A stretch of DNA of 64,000 nt from Bilabrum cf. latius (lineage: Eukaryota), in NCBI GenBank assembly GCA_965178125.1, contig OZ237751.1:186001-250000 (forward strand), in the 5' to 3' direction. The notes beneath the pieces are model-generated. The model ran no database searches. It was not told the DNA's origin and saw only the letters and a program-made list of their open reading frames with translations. A program made the translations under genes and the position numbers. Below are positions 12,101-24,100 of this stretch, one piece after another (position 1 is the stretch's first letter; each line of letters opens with the position of its first letter).

Positions 12101-15100
12101 GTAGAAGGTAGTCAGCTCGGCCTCTTCCTTGCGCGACGCAGCCAACACGTTCGACCGCTTCCAGCTCGGCCTGCACCACATGCAGGTAGGGTACGTGTAG
12201 AACGGGGCGGCGGCGGCCGGGAGCAGCGGAGATGCTGGATCTGCAGGCGTCCTACCGGTCGTGCGCCGGGCTGACTTTGACTTTGACCTTGAGATCTGCG
12301 TGCTGCCCGCCAAGATCGCAGACGCGGACGCGCGGATGCGAGTCTCCGGCGCCTTACCCCGCGTGTCGGTCGTGATCACGGAGGAATCCGCCCGGCTGGG
12401 CCTGCGCATGGCAGCCAACACGATGGCGGCTCTCGCGTGCATCTCGCGCGAGTTCCAGCTGGAGGACGGCGAGGGGCTCGCAGAGCGCACGAAGGACGAC
12501 GCGGTGCAAACGGCAGGTACCCCGATCGCGCTGAAGAGTGGCGGAGTAGGCGCCGGCGCGGGTGCAGCTGGTGACGAAGGAGTCGTTGCGATCGCGCACA
12601 GCACCGGCATGGCAGACAGCGGTGAGGGAGACTCCGTGGAGGGCGCAGGTCCGGACAGCCATCCCGTGTCTTCTTCTCTTAGCACAGAGATTGTGGCGTC
12701 GTTCCAAGTGGACCTCCTGGACCTCACCATCCTGGGGCCGGAGACTGGCGGGAAGCTGGCGGGTGAGAGAGATGGCGGGGAAATGCCGGGGCGATCTAGC
12801 ATCATGGCCGTAGTCAGCGGGGTGGGCGCCCGTGCCAAAGTCACGCCCGATGCCATCGCTTTGGACGGGCGCCTGTCTGCCCTCCACGTCGTGGATAGAG
12901 ATGCGCTGGCCATGAGCGGGCCCGAGTTTGGCTCTCTGGTGTCTACGGGCCTGCGTGGGGCAAGCATGGCAGGGGGTGCGGAGTCTACGGCAGCCAATGA
13001 TTTTGTTGCTTTCAAGCTTCAGCAGCGGCTGTCTGCACCACCTGCGCCCAGCTCCGCAGGCGGAGAGCGACCGTTTGCGACGGAAGCGGACGTGACAATC
13101 GATCACATCCGCGTGGCGTGGAATCCAGAATGCATTCACATGGCCGTATCAGTTGCAAACGCTCTGTCCGGCGAGATGTCTAGCATTTCCGATGGAACTG
13201 AATTGGTGGCTGAAGGAACCGGGACAGAAGCAGGGGATGAGGGGCCTTGCACGGGTGGTACTGGTGCCATCTTGGCATCTGGTGATGGACAGGGGGCGTT
13301 GAAGGTGTATGCACCCCCTGGCGAGGACACAGTGGGCCGAATGGCAGGCAGCATGCTGGTGCGGGCGCAGCTGGGCTCTGTCGAGCTTACCCTGCAGCAG
13401 CCTTCCATTCGGAAGAAGCTCCTGTCGAGCGCCGTTCGGGCGCTCTCGGTGCGGTACGAGCAGCTGGACGGCGGGGTTGCAGTCTGCAAGGGATCGCTGG
13501 GGCAAGTCAGGCTGATTGACGGGTTTGTGGCGGAAGATGACGCAGCAGCCGAGTCGGAAGCAGAGCTTCTCAGCATCGGAGCAGGGGGCTTGGGAGTGGG
13601 AGTCGCTGGCTCGCATCCCTCTCCGTCAGTCGCAAGTGCCGATTAGAGCGCTTTAGATTTCAACGTGATGCTGTTGCAGCCCGATGCGGCTGTGTTCGAG
13701 GGCGTGCAGACGCATGTGCAGGCTCGTCTTGGCCTCGTGCGAGCCACTTGGTATCATTAGACGATGATGACAGCAATTGAATACCTGCAGACGGGTGTAG
13801 CTTCGTCCCTCGTTGATTCAGCTGCGGAGGCAGCGTCAGGGGCGATGCAGGATATGTCGAAATCTGTTTCACGCACATCGCTGGATATCGAGCTGGCCGG
13901 CGCACGTGCCGTGGTACCGGTCAAACGAGGCAGTCCCAATGGGATTGAGGCCACGTTGGGTGCGGTACGGCTCGAGAGCCGCTTCGGAGAGCTGAGTAGT
14001 GCCAGCATGGCAGCACACCTCAGCATGGCCAGCGTGTCGAGCAATCAACACGAGGTACCCAGCACCGATGCTGCCGGCGCAAGCAGGGCAGCAGCGCGCA
14101 GCATGGAAGTGCACTGCGTTACCGTGAGTAGCCTGCATGTGCATGCATCCGACGAGCTGTCGGGCAGTCAGTGGAGCAAGACGACCGTCTTGGACTGCGA
14201 CCAGCTCTATGTGGCAGCAGCCCGGAACCTGCAGGGCACGGGGGCAGCAGATGGACATGCCGACGTTGCGGTAGCAGTGCAGCTGCCACGGGTGGCCCCC
14301 CGTGTGTCGCCATCGGTTGTGCGAGCAGGCATGTAGGTCCTTCAGTCCAACATCGGTGGAAGCAACGAGGACCTGGCCCGATTCGCTGGGGTCACTCGCG
14401 AGATCGCTGCCAGGTGGGACGCGGCCGTGCTGGACCCGGCCAGTGGGGCGGGGTAGGCGCGAGATGATTCGCCTGGTGCTGCACTTGAGTAGGACTCTAG
14501 TGCTGATGCAATCGGACTAGACCTATCGGTGCGGGCACCACGCGGTATCGGCGTGCTACTCGGGCGGCACACAACTGTGCAGAGCGAAGGCAAGACCGAG
14601 CTGCAGATGCAGCCTATCCTATACGCAGGCATCTACGACCCAAAGGTCCGACTGCAGCAGCGCCAGGGCGGCAGCATGTCGCTCACGTCGGACTTGCAGA
14701 TCGTCGCAGCTTCCAATATGGAGCCAGCCAGACAGCGGTAGCGGCGGCGCGGATCAGGCGTCGGCGCCGGCGGCGAAAGATCCAGTGCAGACACGTCCGG
14801 CGCTTCCAGTCGTAGAAGGGTTGCGGCCTCGCTGGCTGCTGCTCGGGCCGATGAGCTGGCGAGCAGATCGGCTCCAAGCGCGTCTCGCGAGGGGCTTGCG
14901 TGCGTGCGCGACGCAAAGGATGCCTTCGATCAAGCGGACTGGGAGCCTGCCCTGCAGGAGCCTTGGAAATTTAGGCAGGAGCTGGCGATGCGCCCGGCTG
15001 CGACCGGCGAGCAGGAGGACGGGATGGCCAGTGCCCGCCCCGCGTCGCTGGATCTGTAGGTGCATGCGACTTCTGCGCTGGATGTGGAATGCCGCGACAT

Positions 15101-18100
15101 CACGGCCCGTGAGCTCATGCAGCTCATCCCGGAGATACTTGCCAGCATTCCCGGAGCTGACAGCGGCCCGCAAGACTTGAGCGCGGCAGACGAGAGCGGT
15201 AGCAACGTGGCAGAGAATGGCGTAGGGATGGACGTGTCGGTGGACGTGCGCATACCGCTCGTACGGCTGCAGCTGCAGTCCATCGGCCTCGGGGCCTCTA
15301 GGGGCGTGCCGCTGGTTACGGTGGATCTCGCTGCCCTGGCGGCCCAGCTGACGATGGATGGCTCCACTGGTGTCACGCAGCTGTCTGCTTCCCTGCACGG
15401 CTTCGATGTCCACGACGTGCTGCATGCTGACAAGGACCCGTACCGGCTGCTGCTCACGTGCCATCCCGATGCGGGCTCGTTGAAATACCGCATGGACGCA
15501 GGCTAGTGCGGCAACCAGCCGCCCATCCCGCCTGCATCCCGGGCGATGTATCTGGGTACTGCGCAGGAGCCGCTGCAGGCGGCTGGGCTGGAGGTGCACC
15601 GGGTGCTAGAGGCCTGGGAGCAGCAAATGCCTTCCGGTAACCGCGGTGACGACGCATCCTAGGCTCGGCCCAGCGAGGCGGTGGTGCGGCTTGGCTTGAA
15701 GCTGTCGCCAGCGACGGGGATTGTGCCTGCCTGCACGGACGTTAATGCCGATCTTGGATGCCTCCATGTAGAGTGGAACGCGCAGACAATTCTGGAGCTT
15801 CTTGCGTTTTCGTACCACTGCATGCCGTCTACTAGCGAGCCCGTCGTGGAAGCAGGGGCACGGCTGGAGGATGCCACCTCTGGAGCTGAGGCCGGCACGC
15901 AGGAGGCTGACCATGATTCTGGCGACAGCGCCGCTTCGGCGCCTGCTCAGGCTAGTTCCGCGGAGAAAAGTGACCCCGGGGCGGGTGTGCAGGATGAAAG
16001 CAGCTTTGAGCTTGTCGATGTAGCATCCGACACACCAGAAGGCTTGCAGTGCATCGACGTTGGTGCGAGTTCCAGGGGTGCCGGTGGTGGCGTAGCAAGC
16101 GGTGCTTCGCCGCAGCAGCGCACCATGGCAGTGGCTGTCGCAATGCAACGCATGACGATGTCCATGAACGACGCAGACAAGGACTAGAAACTGGCATTCG
16201 TGGCGATCGATGGCATGGGATTTGGCATGGATGCGTATGCACCCAACGGAGGTGCGACGACCACCGGCGAAGCGGGCGGCATCGTGGAGGTGAGGGGGCA
16301 CCTTGGTGCCATCCATGCCGTGGACACTGCATCGACCGTGTCCCAGTACAGGCAGCTGATCCGCACCGTGGAATCAGCCGCTGGCGGCCAACAAAGCGAC
16401 ACGCAGCAGGGTCACCTGCTGCAGTACCGGGTGCAGATCCCCGAGCCTAACCATCCGTTGTTCCGCCGTGCCGAAACCATTGTCAACGCGCAGGTCGGGG
16501 CCCTTGAAGTCGTGTGGCTGCAGCAAGTCTTCATGGGTATCATCAACTACTCGCTAGACAGCATCCTCAGCACTTTACTGCACGACGTGGCTGCTGCCGT
16601 GGAGGGCGCCGTGAAGGAATCGAATGCCAGTCGGGTAGCTCTCAGCATCGGGGTCAAGGCGCCAGACGTGGTGGTGCCCAGCAGCCCCACGGCTTCAGAG
16701 GGGCTGTATGTGGCCTCTGGCGACGTGTCCATCTCGAACTGCTTCGAGAAAGCCCCCCTGCCGACAGGCCGTGCGCCTCCTCTCGCGCTGCTTCCCCTTG
16801 CCAAGCGAAGGAGAGCCCTTCGGTCGCTAAAGGATGGGTCGATCTGGAAGAGTCCCGAGCACATCATCACGGACCGCATGGTGGTTGCGCTCAGCGGCGT
16901 GTCTGTTTGCGCCGTGCACAGCCAGCTGCATGACCCAAGCACAAGAGGCGGTGCAGCTGTGTCAGCCTCCGCCGGTGGAAGCGGCACAAGCGAGAGCAAA
17001 ATGGGTGACGAAGAATCGAAGCAGGCTGACGCCTCGCCGGACTTGCTTGCAGCTAGTCGGGTATTTAGCGCGTCGGATCAGTTGCGGGTGCTGGTTCGCC
17101 GGGGTGCTGATGGCACACCCTTGCTTGTCAGAACGCAATTCGAGGCGGAATCGCAGCCTGCCTCGAGCCAGCCTCACATTGAAGAGAGGGCAGGACACGA
17201 CGAGGAGTTTGTTAGCATGGAGGTGCAGGTGAGTGTGCCGGACTTGGTTGGAACGATGCGCCGGTCCGACTACGCCCTCCTCCTGCGCGTGCTGGATGGC
17301 AACATCGCGGGCGCGCCGCAGCAGCAAGCGGAAGACATGACCGACGGCGATGGCATGGGGTCTCAAGCTGGACCAGGCTTGGCGGATGCTTCTCCGGCTC
17401 CATTGGCCGTTCCGGCCCGGTCCGGCCGTCAAAGCTCGGCAGGGTCAGAGAGCGGGCGGCGCGACCGTGCTACTAGTCAGGTAAGCGGCGTGAGCTCTGC
17501 CCGCGCCCACCGGTCTATCAAGCAGTCGGTCGAGCGTGCCAGGGCGCAACACAGCCTGATGCGCAACGCGCTTCGGCAGCAGAACGAGGCGCAGCAGCGC
17601 GCGACCATGACGAGCGAGGACCGCAGCTGGGAGCACGACCCGCGGTGGTTTGCGGATTCGCAGAGCACCATGCAAGTCGGCGTGTCGCTGTCTAGACTGG
17701 GCATGGGCCTCGTGTGGGACGAAGACGAGCTCGATGTTGGAAGGCCTCGCCCGCGGTCTAGAGCAAGAGATGACCAGTCGAGCGCTCAGCATGCTAGTTT
17801 TGTCGAGTTTGATATATCCAGCAGCACCGTGAAGCTGCAGCAGGTGGCCGCGGACGAGGACATTATCCGGGAGGCCCTCTCGGACGCGTCAGCAGCTGGA
17901 TCCGCGGACGTATCTGCCGCACTCCGACGGACAGGCAAGGCAGCCGCCCGTCACAGCAAGCTGGACGGCTCGGGTTCCTGCTGGCTTGCCCCATCTATGT
18001 CGATGGCTGCGGCGGTGGATGCTGTAGCGGTTTCCTACATGGCCGAGTCGGACGAGTTTTCGCCCTCGGGTATCCCTGAGTTGCACCGGCGGTACCTGGT

Positions 18101-21100
18101 GCACCGGCGAACAGCAGAGGCGCGTCGCCAGGTGGAGGTTACCCTCAACACGGGTGAGAAAGAGGAGGCAATTAGTCCGGAGAGCGACGAGACCCGGCTC
18201 GTGTCCGAGCTCAACGTATCGTGCAAGCTTGCCGGCATGCAAGTCAACCTGCACCCGGCCGTGACCTGCGAGCTCGCCACGTTCCTCCTCACCGCACCAC
18301 GTGGCTCGTCCAAGGCACCAGCTGCAGCGGATCATGGGGCGGACAGAGCCAGCGACGATGCAGACGCTGGTGCCGTGGACTAGCTGGTGGGACTGGATGC
18401 AGCAGCAGTCGAGGGCATCGGCATCATATTGGAGGAAGATGAGGCGGACGAGGAGGGCCCTGAGTAGGGCAGCGGGACCGGGGGAGAAGCGGGCGACGAC
18501 GACGACGAGGACGCAAGGGACGGCGAATCGCTGCTGGCGCGAGCGCTCGCCGGGACTGATGCAGACGTCGATGCTCCAGCTCCGGTCAGACGCAGCACCA
18601 TCACGGTGGACTTGTCGGAGATGGCTGTCACTGTGATGCCAGTTCGGCTGCCAGGCACGGATACATCGCTGCAGGAGCCTCTCACGCTGGGCCTAGACCT
18701 GGTCACACGGATCAAGCAAGATTCGCAGCGAAACGAAGTCCCCGCCGTGTTTCTGCCGGACAGGTTTCACGAAGCGGTGCGACGTGATGCGATTGCGATC
18801 AAGGACGAGAGGCGGCGATGGAGGAACGCCATCGCGGGTGTTGGCGGGGGTAGGAGCGGTGCAGCAATCCAGGGACCAGAAGCGGGATTTGCTGAGGCTA
18901 CGGGTCCTTAGGGCGCCGCCGGCGGTGCCGCGGGCGACGGAGCCGTCCCAACCACGAGCGGCGGCACGCAGGCCGCTTCTCGGGGCTACGAATCGCAAGA
19001 GGCGTTCCGGGCACGCATGGAGGGCGGCCACGGGTTCAAGCTGCCGACAAGGGATGGCATCACGACGGTGGAAGCGCAAGTGGGGCACCTGTGGATCAAG
19101 CTGGGCCTCGCAGAGGAAAGGCAGTCCCTGGCTGGGTCTGCGCCTGGAAGCAGCACCGCTGCAGCCGGCGCACCCGGGGCCGGGTCTGCAGCCGAGTACT
19201 TGCTGGCACCGACTGTAGTGGTGGCCAACGTGCGCATGCGTTAGCAGCAGCCGCTGCTCCCGGCCGCAACCGCACTCCGGGCGCAGCTGCAGCTGCCGTT
19301 GCAGCGGATGAATGCCTCGGCAACGCTTGGCGGTGCGGAAGAGGTCGCCCTCAGGCTGTCGTACTCTGACTACCTGCGGCTGCTCTCCCTGGTGGACGGG
19401 TGGGGGGCCACGTACGGCGCCGTGCAAGAGGCGCACCCGTGGTACGCATAGACGGGCAGCGGCACCGAAGACGACGAACGCAAGGGCGATGCATCGCGCG
19501 GGCAAGACTCGGACCGCAGCGGAATACTCGATGCCGAGGACGAAGAGCAGGAGCAGGCAGCCATGCTCGGCATGCAGCCCGCTGCGATCGATCAGGCGGC
19601 CGGCGTGATCCCCGGGCGCCTGACAACGGAGGAGCGCGCCGCGGTGCTGCAGCGCAACCGCTCCGTGCGGGCGCTTGGGCTGTCATCCTCCGCCAGCAGC
19701 AGGGACATGTCGGCCGTGCTGGAGGCAGCCGAGCAGCATGACGACGAGCCCAGCCGGCCATCCACCGCGAAAGCCGCGCGCATAGGTGGCAGCGCCGTGT
19801 TGGACCCCGACGAGGCGCTCTCACAGGCGATTGAGGGCTGGTCCGACCGCGAGCTAAGGGCCGTAGGAAAGGCCCATTCTTGGTACACCATGCCCGAGTG
19901 CCCATCGGACCCAGCGCCCATGCACCCCGACGACTACGAGCTCAGATTTCGGCGAGACGCAACGGTGGGTCTGCAGCTGGACCGGTTGACCAACGGCTCT
20001 CTCACGGTCACGGCTGTTCTGCCCTCGCAGCCGGGCCTGCACCGACAGGGCGTGATGGCATAGTTCATCGCGGCAGGCGATGTCCTCGTCGCCGTGGACG
20101 GCATCCCTCTGCGTGGCAAGCAGAAGACGGATGTTAAGCCGCTCATCCGGGCCCGCACAGACCCTTTCGTGGTGTTCCGGTTCCGAGCCATGCCGCAGCA
20201 GTGCACTGTCAAGCTCACCAGCGGGGCCCGGCTCACGCTCACCAACGACGTGGAGAAGGGCTTGCTTGCCATGCCGTGCGTCGCCGTGGTAATCTCCTCG
20301 CTCACGGCTCGCGTCACCGCCGACCTCCAGACGCTGCAGGCTCCCAACGTGGCCCTCGCGCAGAGCGGCAACGCCAAGGGCGAGGCGGCAAGGGGTCTCT
20401 TGCTGGCGCCCATGGATGGAAGCCCGAGCGTGTCGTTCCCTTCCTCCGGGTCTGGCTCGGGCTCCGGGCCTCGTCAGAGGTCGCGCTCAATGGCTTCGAG
20501 CGGCTCGGCAGTGACGGCTGCCGCGCCCCCGTCCAAGATGGGGGTGCAGCTGTGCAAGCGTCCCTTTGTGCTCTCCTGCGTGGCCGCCGCCGAATTCAAC
20601 GCGTCGGTGCTGGTGTCAAACCCCTACAATTCTCTGTGGGAACCGCTGCTGGAGCCGTTCGACATGCGGGCGGACCTCACTGCGGTGGACGTGTTCCACC
20701 CGCTGGTCGCAATGATCGCGTACAGGGAAGGCATCACGGCGCAGCTCAAGGCGTTTGGGCAGCCGCTGCCAGAGGAGCAGCTGGTCCAGGACAGGACCAA
20801 CGCCATGGGATGGGTCACGGATCGGTCCGCTGGCGGTAGGACTTTGATCGGCAGCAGCCCCGGGACTCTGAGCAAGCTTGCTGCCCTGGTGGGCGGGGGC
20901 GGGAACCGCGCGATGGTTGCCGCCTGCAAGCCCGGCGACGCCCCGCTGATGGTTCCCGCCGGCGTGGAGGCGCCCATGGTGCGTATGTCCGCCGTTACTT
21001 CGTCGCTCAAGATCAACGCCTCTCACGCGTTCTACGCCACTCTGTACCGGGCCTACCACAGCGTGACTCGAGCAGAGCACCTCAGGACGCAGCAGCAGCA

Positions 21101-24100
21101 GAAGCACTTGCGCGTCGGCAGCAGCGCGGCGGCAGCAGACGAATCTAGTACCCGCCAGCTCTTGCTGCGCCGATCGGTCAGCGACAGCGATTCGCCCGCC
21201 GCAGAGGCACCGTCGGTGCAGCGCCCCTCCTCGAAGCACGCGCCGGTCATCGTGCGCAACGAGTGCGGCTGGCCCTTGCGCGCCTGGTGCGAGGACACCA
21301 CGAGGAGGCATGGATCTGACCAGCCCGCCTCCGTTGGCAGCTACGAGTCCGCGCCGAGCGTGGACATCCCGAGCGGAGGGGCCGAGCCGCTCACAATCCC
21401 GTGGGAGCTGGAGCAGCGGCTGCTCACGCTGGGAACGAGGCCAGGGAGCATGCAGGGAGGCAAGGCCGCGGCTGTGCCCGAGGCCAAGATCTGGATCAAG
21501 GGGTGCAAGAGCGCTCTCCCGCCGCTCTCGCTGAGCAGGCTGGCTGTGGCCGGGGCCGCTCTGGAGAAATCAAGGGGCGGTGGCCTGCTTCGTGTGGCGG
21601 TGCAGGTGCAGCTGACGGACGGCCGGCGGGTGGTCACGGTTAGGTCCTCCCTTTAGGTGCACAACCACACTGAGCAGGCGATCCAGGTCGTCGCCGACGT
21701 GCCGCAAGCCATCGCGGCCGGCAAGCACGTGTGGACCTCCTCGTCACCCGCGCCGGGTGAGTGCGACCCATCAGTGGAGCCCCAGGTCACTGTGCTCGCG
21801 CCCAAAGTGCACAATCCAGCCACGGGGCAGGTCGTGGCTCTGCTGCGGATCGGCACCGCGCTGCCGCATTCGAGCCTGGGCGTTCCGGCCGACATCGCCG
21901 CGGTGGCCACCGGCCTGCGGTTCCAGCCCGTCGTGCACGCCGGGTCCGGCGGGGTTGCATCCCCTGCGGCCGGCGCGCGGTGGGACCTCTCGCTCCCACT
22001 GTCCGTGCTAGCCCCGACCGTGGCCACGGTGTCCTGCACCCCGTCGGCCAGGAGGAGTTCGCCGGCGGAGGGCGAGGCCGCCGTCGTCCCGCGCACGCTC
22101 GAAGGACTGCCCTCCGTGTGCGGGGACCGGGAGACGTGGTCCATGGTCGCCGCCGGGTCCGACGTCGAGCTGCCCGAGGGGCCCGGGTACCCCGACCGAA
22201 CCGTGGCGGGGGCCGTCCCTGGCCTGCCTTTCAGCGTGCAGGCGCGCGTGTACCGGCGGCTGGACGACGCGTACAGGTGCGTGTCGCTCCGGCCTCCTCT
22301 GACGGTGACGAACCTGCTTCCGCTGCCTCTAGAGTTCAGGGGCCGGTCGCGGGACCCGAACGGCAGCAAGGGCGGGATGGCGGTGCCCTGCACCCCGCCT
22401 CTCGCGGGCGGCGTGGTGCTCCCCGGGCAGGAGGTGCCAGTGTACTGCCTGGGGGCCGGTGCCGACCCGGCGCTTGAGGTGTCGCTGAGGGGCTTCGGCT
22501 TCGCCAAGCCTGTGTTCGTGCACTCGTCCGGGCGGCCGCAGGACAGCAAGGAAGTGGTGCTGCATCGCGACACAGAGGCGGGGTCTGCCGCGAATAAGAC
22601 CAAGAAGAACGGTCTGAGGCTCGAGATGATGATCGAGGCGTGCGGCGGCTTCGACCAGCACGAGGCCCAGCTCTCCTGGAAGTACATCAACATCGGGCAC
22701 CAGAGGCGGAAGGGCTGGGGCGACGGGCCCGGCCGCATGCGTGTGGCCTTCAAGGTCCTCTGTTGGGTGCTGAACCACACGGGCCTGCCGCTGTCCTTCG
22801 GGCAGAAGAGCAAGAGCAGGCAGATCGAGAGCGCCGCGGCGCTGGACGACGTGGAGGTCGTCACCGCGTACGAGTACGAGCAGTTCGTCACGTTCCGCGG
22901 GTGGCGGCGGCTGGACTGCAGCTAGGACCGCACGCGGGAGCAGCAGGACGGCGCGCTGCCCAGGGGCTGGGCCTGGCAGGGGGGCTGGCAGCTCGAGGTG
23001 CCCGCAGGGTGTCCCGACGGGAGCGGCTGGGACTACGGCAACAACGTGGCCGGGCTGAGGAACTCTGGCCGAACGTACAGGGGCAAGCCGAGGCCGGTCT
23101 TGGACGGCGTCCGCAGGCGCAAGTTCACGCGGGCCCGCTCCAAGAAGGCCGCGCCGCCCTCGGGCTTGGCAGAGAGCGGCGGCGGCGAGACCCCCTCCAT
23201 CGGGCACTCCCGCTCCGACACCGGTGGGTCTGGCATGATCTCAAGCGGAGCTCTGCAGACGGTGTACTCGCAGACGCACTACGGCGAGGATCCCGGGTTC
23301 GATACCGAGGAGGAGCGGAAGCGTGCCTCTGTCGTGGACCCGTCCGCCTCCGCCCCGCTTCCGGCCAGGCTGCAGCTGCTGTCGCCCCACTCGCCTGAGC
23401 TGTACGTGCGCATGGGCGCGGGAGCCTGGGCGAAGGAACGGATCGGGTGCGACTGGCGCGCCCTGCGGGACCAGGTCAAGACCGCCATCGACGTCCCGTG
23501 CAAGGAGCTGCACGTCCGCGCGGACAAGCGGGGCCGGAGCCTCCGGACGAGCCACACGCTGCACGTCGTGTCTTCCATCCGCAAGGCCCAGCGGCCCTTT
23601 CAGATGTCCAGGACCATCCACGTGTGGGAGAGGTACTGGCTCGTGAACGCGACCAGCGCCCCGCTCCTCTACAAGCAGGAGGGGCGGGACGCGGCCCACG
23701 ACCTGGACCACATGCCCATCCGCGCGGTCGCTCCCTTTGGCAGCGTGGCGGTGCACTCCGACGGGAGCGGAGGCACGCCCCGGATCCAGCTGTCCCCGCT
23801 GCAGGCCAGGGGCGGCTGGTCCACCGCGGTGCCGCTCGAGGGGCTGACGGACGGCTGCATCTCGGTCATGATCGACGCGCCCCCGGACGAGCGGCTGGCC
23901 GGCGCGTCCAGCGGTTCGGGCGGCAGCGACGGGGAGGGCGACGGGGGTCCCCGCCGGCCGCTCCCGACCGTGTCGCAGGAGTGGGCCGACGCGGGGAGCG
24001 AGCCCGGGGCGAGGCGCCGTCTCCTGGACCTTGCGACCATGCGGTGCATGCAGGCCAGCCACAAGAGCAGCTCGGCCGTGGACAGCCTCCTGGGCATGGT

